DNA of 63,895 bases, counting the filler, from Globobulimina sp. (lineage: Eukaryota), in NCBI GenBank assembly GCA_003354225.1. It is 17 parts of 17 records of this genome, joined end to end, with 100 filler letters (N's around TTAATTAATTAA, not from the genome) between each part and the next. Parts side by side here need not be neighbours in the genome. Positions count along the whole stretch, not along the records: positions 1 to 3,670 come from PIVH01002287.1; positions 3,771 to 7,439 come from PIVH01002288.1; positions 7,540 to 11,208 come from PIVH01002289.1; positions 11,309 to 14,977 come from PIVH01002290.1; 13 more parts are not named here. One strand, 5' to 3'. How positions within the stretch are numbered: position 1 is the first letter of the stretch; every line of letters starts with the position of its first letter. Both the position numbers and the translations under genes were made by a program. A model generated the notes under the pieces. It ran no database searches and was not told where the DNA came from. It was given only the letters and a program-made list of their open reading frames with translations. This document shows, piece after piece, positions 1-11,629 of the stretch.

Positions 1-2499
1 CATTGTTGCGCGTCACATAGATCCATAAAGTGGTTGGATATAACGGCGAGCACGAATCGCCGAGCGAGGGCTCTATAAAAATATCACAATACAACTGTCA
101 ACAAAGCAAAAATAACAAGTACTGTACCTGCAGTGCTGCAGCCAGTCACAAGCAACATATAACCCATCGCAGTGAGCTGGCACTCTTCGTACGTCGTACA
201 CTCATCGCCTTGCTCGCACTTCAAAGTCGCAGTCGACACATTTAAGCTAAGCACGGTTTGCAGGGCGCCCGCCGCCATCGACACGGTGCCACTGAACTCC
301 TCATTGCCTCCCGGTGGCCGCATATTGATATTCAACTTGTTGCCATACAACGTGGTCGGTGCCGGCGTGGTCGTCGTCTGCAACAATCTGCGCCGTAGAC
401 GCCGGCGAACCACCTCATAATAATCCGTCCATTTGCCCAAATCCTCAAAGTCCGTCTTATTGATTTGCCCCAACGCATAGATCGTATAAGAAATAGTCGT
501 CGCATAGGTCCCGCCATATTTGCCCAAATACACACTCTCCGTCTTGCCGCCATCCCGGTCGTCGGGCGACACCTCGATGGATTTGAACTGGTTCTCGCAG
601 CTCAACGGCGAAGGAATAGAGCCCGCCGTCAACGTCGAAACATTGTATTGCGGCCCAAACGGCGTGCAGCAATCCCGCGCATTCTCAAAGCAATTGCAAC
701 GCGAATTGCCGCACACGCCTTGAGCCGCGATGTAAACGCCCGGGTCGTCGAAGGTCGGTGCCCGCGTCGGCGAGCCGCTTGGCTGTCGGCTCGGCGATTT
801 GGTGGGAACTCCGCTGGGCGCACTCGTTGGCTCTATGGTGCCGATCAGACAGGACAAGGCCACCGCGTCCACGTGATTCATATCCAAACCGATCGGCGAA
901 TTCACCGTCGTCGAAACGGTGACATCGACGCTGCCGCTGGCAAACATATTCATGACCGCCATCACGTTGACTTCTCCGGTCACAGCCACGCCAGTACTCG
1001 ATGCCGAGTCGGGATAGACCGTGCTATGCGACACGATGCCATCGTACTCCATATCCCACGCCAAATACGTAAAATCAATGCCGCTTTGCGGGATCACGTA
1101 ACCGGCACAACTTCCGGAGTCTATCTGCGCCGCGGTGATGCACGTATCGCCATCACTGAATAACGTCGCCGTGTCACAATCGCAATAATTCTGATTAAGG
1201 TCGCATACTTCGCCTACATTAGCTACGGCACACTCAGCGTCGGCACAGAAACCCGGGTTGCCGCCAGACACAACGCATTTGTCCAATGGCACGAGGCCCG
1301 GAGTGCCGCCGCTGTCGCCACACGACATTCTCCAATTGGCGCCGTACTGGTTATTGAAGCCCACCGCGCGTAAAGCATACGAATGTTCGAGGGTTTGAGC
1401 CTGGAAAGTGCCGTCTTTGCTCACTGTCTGTTCAACGCCTCCATCCACGCGCGCACGTGCTACCCAATTGGCCTATATATCATCGCAAACACGCAATTTC
1501 GCACCGTTTTGTGGCAAACTATAGGTCACATACCGCAGAACCAGCAGGCAAACCAGTACCAGGATTGGCAGGGCTAAGCGAGTTAGAACCGCCGGCACCA
1601 TACGCTACAAAAAATTCCCCTGTCGGTGTGACTTGGCCAGGGGTACCGGTACATCCACCGGCAAAACAGGCAGAAATCAGGGCATCTCTGCCTCGATTAA
1701 GCACTTCGATGTACGGCGGGTAATAGCCCGCCACTGGCGATACTTCGGTGATTTGCACGTCGATGCCGTCAGTTTTGCAGAGCCGGGTTTTTAACAATGC
1801 AATGCCTGCACTTGGACTGTTTGGGTCCACTTCGATGATGTCATTGATTTTGTCCTCAACGAGGCAATAAAAATACTCTTTCACGTAATCCTTTCCTTGC
1901 GTTCCAATCAAAACCACATACGTTTGGATATCTGTGATTTAATGTTATATATTTTTGTGTTATATGTTGCGAATTTGCGCATATATTATTATATTTTAAC
2001 TCATTTGTTTTGCAGCTACAGCGGGGACGCATGGACGGTCAAAATTTTCCGGAGAGGTACTAGTACCCAAGCCATCTTTTAATGGGTTGCTGGCTGCAAA
2101 TACGATGTGATATCGTTGTCCATAGCCAGTCCAAAGAATGCCCGCAGCGGTCAGTAAAGCGTCACTTACCTCGTTACCAAAAGTATTGGCAAAATCCGCG
2201 TCCGCTATGTCGTCAATGGCAGGGGATATAGCGGCATAGCCACTGTTTGTCACCATGTTTATTTGAGAGGTGGAGGCGCCATATGTATGTATGTTTATTT
2301 TGGAGGAGGCTGGTAATATGGCATCGGCTGCTAAATGCACAATGGAGACGTAATTGGATACACCGCCTTCTACGTTGAGAACTGCTCTGTTGACTGAGAC
2401 GGAGAATATGGTGGCTTGGTTGTGAGTGTTACTACATTGTTGACTGTGTGCGGTGTAAATTAGAAATGAAATGAGTGTTAGGAATATATTCATGATCAT
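1..2499 (-). CDS. Large secreted/surface protein, 3' partial: signal peptide, vWA-like domain, lamin-tail-like domain, Cys-rich region, PT repeats
   Basis: ORFs 1996-2541, 1519-1917 and 84-1448 join in frame through GT-AG introns at 1932-2000, 1473-1533 and 73-127. N-terminal MNIFLTLISFLIYTAHS, vWA-like 'NIQTYVVLIGTQG', LTD-like 'VQITEV...YIEVLNRG', 'PTKSPSRQPSGSPTRAPT' and RRRLRRRLL. The frame stays open to the contig edge. Confidence 0.75.
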
Positions 2500-2636
2500 T
2501 CTGGGTGTTTGTTGGTTGTTGGTTGTTGGTTGTTGTCCCAACTTTAGGATGTTTTTGGCTTTACTCTGTTCAAAAAATCAGGATGCCAGTGAGTTTGGAG
2601 TGGTGTTTAAAAAACTTTTTCATTTCGCATTTTTTC

Positions 2637-2668
2637 ATTTTTGATCATTTTTGATCATTTTTGATCAT
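2637..2668. repeat. Short tandem repeat (TTTTTGATCA)x3
   Basis: Seen directly, just upstream of the ATG at 2671. Confidence 0.8.
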
Positions 2669-2670
2669 TG

Positions 2671-3279
2671 ATGGCAGATTTCAAACAACCAGACAACAAA
2701 AATGATGTAGAAGATAATCAAAACGATGAAAAAAAGAATGATATTATAGATAATCAATTGCAAAAAAAAGAGACAATAAATATATTGTTTTTAGATATAG
2801 ATGGTGTTATGAATGGTCATGGAGATTTTGACATTGATGACATTGATAAATATGGTAACATAACTCAACAGTTTAAAGCACATCGCGTAGATCGTTTAAA
2901 GCATATATTGGAAAAAACAGCATGCAAAATCGTGTTATCTACAGCATGGAGACGAGCAATTGAGCTAAAAACACAAATCAAAGAGGAATTCATTAAAAAA
3001 GGGATTAAATGGAATGATGTTTATATTGGAGATACGCCTGTTGAGGATTACGTGAATCGAAATGGTGATATATCACAACGAACGTATGAAATTGATAAGT
3101 ATTTGAAATCCATTGATGCAAAATATATGGTAAAATCATGGTGTGCTGTGGATGATATGTCGTTGGATCGAAGTGAAACAGATAAACGGATTATGACTGG
3201 GCATTTTGTTCAAACAGACGGATTGGTTGGGATCACTGACAATGATACTTTGAAAATAATACGAATTTTGAACAAATAA
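2671..3279 (+). CDS. HAD-superfamily protein, 'Swiss Army Knife' RNA-repair type (HAD_SAK_2-like)
   Basis: Motifs ILFLDIDGVMN, KIVLSTAWR, IGDTP, R..EI..YL, WCAVDD and HFVQTD...GIT. Confidence 0.8.
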   Translation: MADFKQPDNKNDVEDNQNDEKKNDIIDNQLQKKETINILFLDIDGVMNGHGDFDIDDIDKYGNITQQFKAHRVDRLKHILEKTACKIVLSTAWRRAIELKTQIKEEFIKKGIKWNDVYIGDTPVEDYVNRNGDISQRTYEIDKYLKSIDAKYMVKSWCAVDDMSLDRSETDKRIMTGHFVQTDGLVGITDNDTLKIIRILNK

Positions 3280-3670
3280 TCTATGCAATAATGTCAAAAA
3301 ACGTTTTCATTCTCTACTACAAATCAAAATTTCACTCTGAAAACGCGGATGTCAACTGAAAATGGTACAACTCATCTCCAAAAAGATGCGCTTGTATCAC
3401 CTGCTAAGCAATTGGATTTGTTAATTGTGTCAGGATATTTGCGTCAAAATTATCCAATTCCAGACAATCACAAAACAAAATATAACCATCACCAATTTCT
3501 TCAGCAAAACACGCATTGCAATTAATCGTGATTTGTCCAACAAAAAAGCTTGGAGTGATTGCAATTAACCGTTTCCGGAATGTTTCCAACAATACAACCA
3601 GTGATGAACACTGAGTCTGAATTCACCGAGTCGTTCGGGGCATTCGAAAAACTTCTTAATTCGGCGAGCC

Positions 3671-3770
3671 NNNNNNNNNNNNNNNNNNNNNNNNNNNNNN
3701 NNNNNNNNNNNNNNTTAATTAATTAANNNNNNNNNNNNNNNNNNNNNNNNNNNNNNNNNNNNNNNNNNNN
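3671..3770. other. Artificial contig linker (first of 16)
   Basis: N44 + TTAATTAATTAA (stops in all six frames) + N44. Also at 7440, 11209, 14978, 18745, 22512, 26276, 30040, 33804, 37568, 41330, 45092, 48854, 52615, 56376 and 60136. Intervening contigs never increase in length (3670 to 3660 bp). Confidence 0.99.
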
Positions 3771-4330
3771 TAATTCGGTGATATTTATGAAATTCCCAAG
3801 GGGGTACCCTTGGAAATATTTTAGAATCAGGCCAGCGAAGAATTAATTCAGTTATAATTCGCCGAATTATAGTAGGAACCCCCTTGTACACAAATGCATT
3901 ACTTTATTATTGCTTAATTCATTTATGATCGACATTTATATCTGCAACATTTTCTTTTCTTTTCTTTTCTTTTGTCCTGGGTCTTATCAACGGCAACGTA
4001 CATGGCTGTAATGCTGATGCATTCTTTAATTATCAACTCATTATTTTGATGTTTGACTGGCTTTTTGTTGAATGGCTTTTTGTTGAATGATTGGGCTGAA
4101 GGGGTCATTTTGTAATGTATTCGCATACAATATATCTATATCATGATTCAAAAATTATGTTATGATCAAAAACCTGCTGCAGTAGAACCAATGAGTTGAG
4201 TTTCTCAGCCTGTATTTCAGTATATTTTGCAAACTATTGATTATGAGTTATTATGAGTTATTATGAGTTATTATTCGCATACAGTTAATTTATAAAATTA
4301 TAACATTTACAAGTGATAGGAAATAGAAAA

Positions 4331-4909
4331 ATGCTACAAATTGTCTTGTTATTGATAATAATGGTACCAATTAGCTATTGTATGCAGATGCAGTATGGTG
4401 GTGTGGCTCATGTGGATGGAGTGAATTCGAACGACGGCGAGGAACATGGTGCAATAAGTAATTGTTGTTATTGTCTGCGTGAAAAATTAGATAAATATGT
4501 CTGGCGTGTTACTGATGAGGAGGACTATGGTACAAAGAAGCGGGCGGAAGAAGTGTTACTGATGAGAAGAAAGAAGCGGGCGGAAAAATGTAGCAGAGAT
4601 TGTTGCTGTCTATTATGTGCAGGTATTATATGTCCTGACCCCTTTTCTATGTCCACAGGCGCCATTCAGATTCTATGTCCTCACTCAACAATTGCAAAGG
4701 GGGTGTGTATCGGGTGTGAATTTGCGGTTTGCAGCCACGGTGCTTCACAAATTGATATACATTGTTGTAAGTGTGGACATACATTAGTCAATGAAGGGTT
4801 TGCAGATCAATGTGGTTGCAGAAAAGAAAAAATAACTGTTGCAAGCCCAAGACCAAGACCAAGACCAAGACCACTGCTTCAATCTCAAACACAAAACCAA
4901 ATGACTTAA
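4331..4909 (+). CDS. Cys-rich protein with a predicted signal peptide, unknown function
   Basis: Hydrophobic N-terminus MLQIVLLLIIMVPISYC, many Cys clusters, and a C-terminal PR repeat encoded by (CCAAGA)n. Confidence 0.55.
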   Translation: MLQIVLLLIIMVPISYCMQMQYGGVAHVDGVNSNDGEEHGAISNCCYCLREKLDKYVWRVTDEEDYGTKKRAEEVLLMRRKKRAEKCSRDCCCLLCAGIICPDPFSMSTGAIQILCPHSTIAKGVCIGCEFAVCSHGASQIDIHCCKCGHTLVNEGFADQCGCRKEKITVASPRPRPRPRPLLQSQTQNQMT

Positions 4910-5674
4910 CATCGGACACAAAACCTAATGTCTTAAGTCTTAACTATAAACAAATGATACGATGTTCGCGTTTTTTACTTTTGTCAATAAAAAAAATTAA
5001 ATTTGTGCATGTTTACAACTTTGTTAAGGCGCGCCCCTTGACCTTAAAGACTGTTTTTTGGAAACACGTTTCTAGCCACGAAATTACTGCCTTTTGGTAA
5101 AATACTAAAATAAAATGAGAATGAGTTGAATTGGGAAAACGAGAATTGACACTATGTGTATGATATGTTATGGATCTGTGTTATCACTCATTAAATCATT
5201 ATCAACTCAATCAAAAACAAACTATAAAACACCACAACAAAATACAAATACAAATACAAAAAAAAAGAAGAGGAAAAAATTTGCCATGCAGAACAGATTA
5301 CGATTTTAGATGAAGCAATGGCCTGTGGTTTATAAACTCAAGACGATAAATATAAATATTTAAAAAAACCACATAAAAACTCTCATACATTGTTACATCA
5401 ATCCACATAAACAGAACAAAAAAAAACTGAAGAAAAATTTAATAATATTTTAAAATAAAACCAAAAAAAGAAAACATATAAAAAAAAAGGTGTACATTGG
5501 CACCAGGAATAGAACAACAATGCAAAAAATAATTGATAAAAATGTACAGACACAAATATACAATAAAGGAATAATACAAATATTAATTGTTATCCTATCC
5601 GATCGATCGGATTTCGTTCTTAATACAATTACATGGATTGAAAGAGAAAGAAATCAAATGATTCGATTTTGTGT

Positions 5675-7069
5675 TTAGCGTTTTGGAGCTAGATTGTTTT
5701 TACAATGTTTATGGATTTTGCGTAACTCCTCGTACATCATATGCCGAACTCCAAAGTTCGTCCTTAAAATCGGCTCCTGTTCAAAGGTAGTGTCGAATGG
5801 CACGCACCGCTCATAATCCTTTTCTTTGTACAGATTGGCAAAGAAGGAATGTTTCAAAGTATTGGAGATATTCCACCTTTTATTCGGATCGATGATCAGC
5901 AATTTATGCAACAAATCCGTAGCATTATCGCTCATAATGCCGCATTTATCATCGCCCACTGCCGCATTACGTATACCATTATCCCCGCTGTTGCTGTTGC
6001 AGTAGTTATAGAAACTGAACTCTTTCTGCAGGTCTTTCTTGTCGTGTTTGGGCAACTGGCAAATCCATTGCTTGGCGTCCTTCATTTTCACCCAAGACAA
6101 GTCATACGGAGTGCCGCAATAAAAAAAGATCACTTGCAACTGATGCAAGTGGTTGTTGCCGCGGAACAGCGCCTTCTTATAATACATTTCGCCGAAGATG
6201 CAGCCCAAGCTCCAGACATCGATCTGGCTGTCATACAAACGCGAACAACACATCACTTCCGGGGCGCGGTAATAGCGCGTCACCACATATTCCGTCAACA
6301 CTTTGTTATTGTTGTTATTCGGAGTGTCGTCGAGGAATATATTGTGGTTCACGTCGTTGTTGTTATTATGTACACCGCGCGCGAGGCCAAAATCGGTGAT
6401 GCGCACTTGCCACAAATTCTTGTTCACGATGTTGCACTTTGCGTCATTGCACGAATGGAAATAGCAATTAATTAAAATGTTGTCCGGCTTCAGGTCTCTG
6501 TGGATCACACCGCCGCTATGCATATACTCCAAACCGCGACAGATCTGATACATAATGGTTTGAATGTCGATCTCGTACAATGCGATCTTGCCGATCGACG
6601 ACTTCATGATCAATTTGCTTAAAGTCATGTGCATTTTGGGCATGATCAGATAAACGTCGTTGAATTTCTGCTGCGTGCCGACGTCGGGCGGAATGACGTC
6701 GATCACCGACATTAAGTTGGGATGGCCGCGGAAGTGGTACATCAATTTGATTTCGCGTAGGATGCGTTTGGCGTCGCCGATGTTGACGAAGGCGTTGCGG
6801 TTCTTTTTGATGGCGTATTTTTTTTTAGTGCGGGTGTCCATCGCTGAGGCGACGCAGGCATAGGAGCCTTCGCCTATTATTTTCTGAGGGGTTAAATACG
6901 GGAAAGAGACGAATTGTTCGCCGGATTTGAATTTGTAGACGACTTTCTTTTCAGGGTTGCCGCTGTTGTGGGTTGGCGATTGGCGCCGAGAGCCATTGGA
7001 GTGAGCGGAGGAGGAGGAGTCGGCAGAGGGATAACCGTTTAATTGCAAGGAGGGCTTAATGCCTTTCAT
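5675..7069 (-). CDS. Mitogen-activated protein kinase (TEY type)
   Basis: GEGSYACV, AIKK, RILREIKLM, HRDLKPDN, DFGLARG, TEYVVTRYYRAPE. The start is uncertain (ORF open to 7246). Confidence 0.93.
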   Translation of the reverse strand: MKGIKPSLQLNGYPSADSSSSAHSNGSRRQSPTHNSGNPEKKVVYKFKSGEQFVSFPYLTPQKIIGEGSYACVASAMDTRTKKKYAIKKNRNAFVNIGDAKRILREIKLMYHFRGHPNLMSVIDVIPPDVGTQQKFNDVYLIMPKMHMTLSKLIMKSSIGKIALYEIDIQTIMYQICRGLEYMHSGGVIHRDLKPDNILINCYFHSCNDAKCNIVNKNLWQVRITDFGLARGVHNNNNDVNHNIFLDDTPNNNNNKVLTEYVVTRYYRAPEVMCCSRLYDSQIDVWSLGCIFGEMYYKKALFRGNNHLHQLQVIFFYCGTPYDLSWVKMKDAKQWICQLPKHDKKDLQKEFSFYNYCNSNSGDNGIRNAAVGDDKCGIMSDNATDLLHKLLIIDPNKRWNISNTLKHSFFANLYKEKDYERCVPFDTTFEQEPILRTNFGVRHMMYEELRKIHKHCKNNLAPKR

Positions 7070-7575
7070 GCGGGTCGAGGTGGGCGCATTTAACGGGGGT
7101 TTGGATTGCTGGTAATTGGTGGAGATGTATTTGTGGTTCTTGGTGTTGTGGTAATTGATTTCCTTTTTTACAGTGTGTACATGTGGGGTAAATTGCTTTT
7201 GTTTTGTGGATGCAGATCGGAGACGAATATAATACAACATATACATACCAGGTGAGAGGTTGATTTATTTGCATGATTTAATTGCGGTTTTGGTGGTAAT
7301 GTAAGGGAGTTTAAATTGCTATAACTCAGTCGTTGTTGTGCCATGGCGTACCCTCTGTATTTTGTAGTATAGTAGACAGTATTTAGTAGTAAACTGTTTT
7401 TTTAATTTAAATTTTAACTGCTTGCACCGTATTTTTGTTNNNNNNNNNNNNNNNNNNNNNNNNNNNNNNNNNNNNNNNNNNNNTTAATTAATTAANNNNN
7501 NNNNNNNNNNNNNNNNNNNNNNNNNNNNNNNNNNNNNNNTTTTCCGGCTTCCATTTGCTACAACAAAAACGAACA

Positions 7576-8476
7576 ATGTTAAATCCAACATACCGTGAGA
7601 GAACAGATAAATTTAAGCAACTCAGAAATTCATTCGTAAGCAGAGCATACAATTGCAATCCAGAAGCAAATATTAATGCAAACGGTCCATTGTTAACAAA
7701 TACAAATGATGAATATTGTGGAACTCATTGACCATAATATTAATAAAATCCAACATCAAACCGCTTCTTTGAAAGAATATCACAGTTTAAGACAACATGC
7801 AATATTTGATGATAACAAAGCAAATGAATATGATATAAATATACGAGAAATAACGCATTCAATAACATCGTTATTAAAATCATCAAAATTTAAATTACAA
7901 GAAATTGCAATAAACGGTAATGTCAGAAATTGCAACGAAGAATCAATGAAATTAGGATTTGAAGAAAGAACTGCAAGATATAATGCAATGCGATCGCGAG
8001 CGATTAAATTACAGGAAATTACAAAAATATTTCGTAATCAACAAAGACATTTTTTACAACAAATCGAAAAACAGAATAAGACTCATAAATATATTGATAT
8101 TGGTGATGTTTCTCAAACATTACCAGATTTATCTGATATTTATGATGCACAATTTAGTCAAGAACAAATTATGAGAATAGAAGAGAGGGAAAAGGCGGCA
8201 TCGGAGAGAGAGAGAAAAATATTAGAAATTTCAAAATCAGTCCATGAGTTAGCTTCGTTATTGAATGATTTATCAATGTTAGTGGTTGAACAGGGATCCA
8301 CATTGGATAGAATTGATTATAATGTTGAACAAACATCGCAAACATTACAAAATACCGTTCCAATTGTTGAGAACATCAATAAAACTCAAAAAAGATCAAA
8401 AACTGCATTATGTATCATGGTGTTGATATTGTTGATTGTTTTGTGTGGAATTATATTGTTTTTCCGACATATTTAG
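7576..8476 (+). CDS. STX16: Syntaxin-16/Tlg2-like Qa-SNARE (frame discontinuity near 7700)
   Basis: N-peptide MLNPTYRERTDKFKQLR from 7576. Habc helices, SNARE motif LVVEQGSTLDRIDYNVE and a C-terminal TM in ORF 7706-8476, which is in a different frame. Confidence 0.82.
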
Positions 8477-8637
8477 ATAGTCATCTTGTGTTTTTTTGGT
8501 ATACAGTACAATGCAAAAATGACTGAAACGTTTTTTAAAAGTTGTATACAATAATGCGCACTCAGGGAAATATATATACACATAAAACAATTGATTCTTA
8601 AAGATAAACAAAACAAGAAAAATGTATGCAGCAACGA

Positions 8638-10140
8638 TTAATTCCAAACATCCATATCGGTTCTCGGTTTATAGTGCAGTGATGTCGCTAACAAAAGGTC
8701 AATTTCCTTATTAGCAAGTTTATAGATTTGTTTCTGTTTTTTATATCTCATTCGATAACATTTGACGCAACACTGTCTTCTACAGCCTCTACAGCAACAA
8801 ATATAATAATAACAGCATGTACAACATTGTGTAAATATCTTATAATCCGGAATTGCGTCTGATTCTGTAATGAACATATTATTGTGAATTCCAGTCGAAC
8901 TGAAAGCACTCTCTCCATCTCCATTGATATGACCATTATTCACAAAGCATAAACAACATTTGCATCGATACGCTAAACCTAACGTTTTAACGAATGGAAA
9001 CATACATTTTGTACATTTTGCACCAGCAAATAATTCATAATAATATTTCTCACTGAATCTATATGTTAAAAATAAACAATAAATATCCACACAAGAATCA
9101 ATAACATACGCCCAAAATACTAAACGTGTAAAGTAATAAAGCAATGCAGAAAATATCATTGCAACCATTTGAAAGAATAATAATGTCAATAATTTAGTCA
9201 CCAACAATAATAATCGATTATTTACATTGGTATCAAAATGAAATCCGTAAATTTGTGACGGAGATATAGTATCACTCTCTATCTCATTCTGGTCATTCTT
9301 ATCCTCATTTGATTGATATGATAATTTTTTATCCGAACCCGCCAACAATGTTGTTTTTGGTACAGAATCTATATCACTTTCAATCGTTGATTTTTTCCAA
9401 TCGTAATCTGTATATTTAGATGATTGTTGTATAATTATCAATAACTTAATTAATAAGAACCCCGCAGCGAGACAGCTGAATATGATGTCGATGAATGCGC
9501 CGATACAAAACATAATATTTTGAACATCATATGAGTGCGCTGCAAAATGAAGAATGCAAATCTGCCCTCCATTGATATCTGTGGACTCTACATCATAGGT
9601 AACGTCATGGAAAAATACATACGAGACAGGAAACATGATTACAAATATAATAATTAATTCGAGTGGCAACATAAGTTGGATATAATATTGATTATATTGA
9701 TATGCTGTGTTCCAAAAAGTATCATTGGCGCGAAGTATAAAATAATTATAAAGAAACGCTTTTGCCACAACAAATATCCACCCAGTCATAATATACATTA
9801 TTTGACAAAACAATGTGCTCATTCCCAAATAAAAATACTTTGCTAAAGCGTCAAATGAGCAGACTGATATATATGAAATGTAGAATAAAATTGATACTGA
9901 TAATATAATCTTACTTTGAATGAATGACTTTTCTGTGTTTACCTTGGAATTCATTGCAATTGCATCCCTATTCCCATTTGCTTTCTTGATATTGCAACAT
10001 ATGAATGCATTTAATATATGTTTCATCAAATGATACATAGGAAATAATGCTAATATTAAACATGCCAATATTGTTATACGAGTGATATGGTAAAACCAGT
10101 TTATATTCACATCTCCAACAGTTGTATTATTCACGTGCAT
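8638..10140 (-). CDS. Seven-transmembrane, GPCR-like membrane protein
   Basis: About 7 hydrophobic helices, N-terminal N-glycosylation sequons, a long third intracellular loop and a Cys-rich tail. Confidence 0.65.
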   Translation of the reverse strand: MHVNNTTVGDVNINWFYHITRITILACLILALFPMYHLMKHILNAFICCNIKKANGNRDAIAMNSKVNTEKSFIQSKIILSVSILFYISYISVCSFDALAKYFYLGMSTLFCQIMYIMTGWIFVVAKAFLYNYFILRANDTFWNTAYQYNQYYIQLMLPLELIIIFVIMFPVSYVFFHDVTYDVESTDINGGQICILHFAAHSYDVQNIMFCIGAFIDIIFSCLAAGFLLIKLLIIIQQSSKYTDYDWKKSTIESDIDSVPKTTLLAGSDKKLSYQSNEDKNDQNEIESDTISPSQIYGFHFDTNVNNRLLLLVTKLLTLLFFQMVAMIFSALLYYFTRLVFWAYVIDSCVDIYCLFLTYRFSEKYYYELFAGAKCTKCMFPFVKTLGLAYRCKCCLCFVNNGHINGDGESAFSSTGIHNNMFITESDAIPDYKIFTQCCTCCYYYICCCRGCRRQCCVKCYRMRYKKQKQIYKLANKEIDLLLATSLHYKPRTDMDVWN

Positions 10141-10222
10141 TATTTAATATTTATACTCAAAGAAAAAGTTTTCAAACGAAACGTTTTCGACAGTCAGATC
10201 ATACGTTCGTTCCTTCGTTTCG

Positions 10223-11208
10223 ATGGACACTATCAAACCATGTAGAAATTGCAACAGTCGAACCATTGATAGGTTTAATCTCTTTTTCTCTCTCTTGCAA
10301 ACCGTTGCACTTTGAATAACAAACATTCATTGATAAAGTTTGCGAACATATCCCGAACAAATATGTCGACCCTGTTTAAAGACGTTGTCACGAACCATAT
10401 GCATGTATTGTCAGAAAGATTTCCATCAATTAACCGCCTTAGAAGCCAGCGACAAATCAATATGTTGGAAATGTCTCGCTGCTCAAAAAGAACACGGAGA
10501 TCCATTGCCATGTCATTTCTGTCAACAAAAAGCCGCCTTTGGCCAAAAAATATGCCGTCACTGCCAAAAAGACTCAGAAAAATATGGCACGCCAATCACT
10601 TGCGATTCGTGTAAAAAAAAATGCGCCTTCAAGAAACCGCAGGAATTAAAAGAAAAGGTCGGCAATAAAAACCTCTGCTATTTATGCACGCGTTCGTACA
10701 AATTAATGCAACATAGAAATAAAAAACAAAAACATTCGCCCAATCCGCACCAAAACCAAACAAAAACACAAATAACACACAACAACAACAAGAACAAAAG
10801 ACCGAACCCAGCAACAAACCCAAACCCCAACAACGCCCACCACCCCACGGCAGGCGCGCCGCCCTCCAAAAAGGCCAAACTCTCCAACTTGAGCATGAAT
10901 AATATATGCTTCAATTGCAAATTGATCCGGCAGTCCTTTGACGATTATAAGCGCCATATGGACGTGAAATTGACCGACAGCAACAAACGCGTGGAAGACT
11001 ACCAGCGAATGTCTGAAAAAGCCAAACGCAAAGCGGACCAGTACCGGCGCGAGAAATTGGTCAATGTGGAACGCATTGGCGAACTGAACGGAGAGTTGGA
11101 AAAAGAGCGCAGGAAATATCACCGCGATATATCCCAAAAGAGGGAGCATTCTGAAGCTGAGAATAAACGGCTACGGCTGCAGTTAAATAAGAGCCAGATT
11201 GAGTTGGT
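10223..11208 (+). CDS. FAM76: FAM76-family Cys-rich zinc-finger/coiled-coil protein, 3' partial
   Basis: Exon 1 MDTIKPCRNC plus intron 10273-10338 joins ORF 10340. The CxxC array 'HGDPLPCHFCQQKAAF...KYGTPITCDSCKKKCAF...LCYLCTRSYK' matches the FAM76A/B pattern. Confidence 0.82.
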
Positions 11209-11629
11209 NNNNNNNNNNNNNNNNNNNNNNNNNNNNNNNNNNNNNNNNNNNNTTAATTAATTAANNNNNNNNNNNNNNNNNNNNNNNNNNNNNNNNNNNN
11301 NNNNNNNNTTTTTGTTGTGACTTTTTTTCCGATTTTTTTTTCTACGTTTTTGCTCTTTATTTACTAATTATGGCATTTAGTTTTCAGTTGTTTATTTGCT
11401 AAAATCCAAAAAATACAAAAAAAATTATATCATTTTTCCATCAGTCCATGGAGTATGGTGTATATAATCACATTTTGCGTTGTTGTGTGTACATTAATTC
11501 ATCTTAACGTTTGTTTCCACAAAGTTTCGAGACTTTCGACAAATAATGGTGCAGTCAAGACTTTATTCTGCAAAAATTCATAAAAATAATGAGTCAGCGC
11601 AAGGTGCAAAGTGTAAGGATCAATGGCAA

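Noticed and set aside
73-127. Apparent C-terminal TM helix (TVLVIFALLTVVL) of ORF 84-1448
   Set aside because: It is better explained as read-through into a T-rich GT-AG intron; the spliced frame continues to the contig edge.
465-1163. Long antisense or alternative-frame ORFs (also 5849-6475, 10703-11149, 55403-55954, 58077-58568)
   Set aside because: They are shadows of real genes in GC-richer or repetitive coding DNA and carry no motifs.
3404-3592. Short ORF on the minus strand
   Set aside because: No ATG start, motif or convincing splice structure.
3715-3726. TTAATTAATTAA recurring every ~3.76 kb, as a periodic repeat or CRISPR-like array
   Set aside because: It is an artificial six-frame stop linker inside N padding; the periodicity comes from size-sorted contigs.
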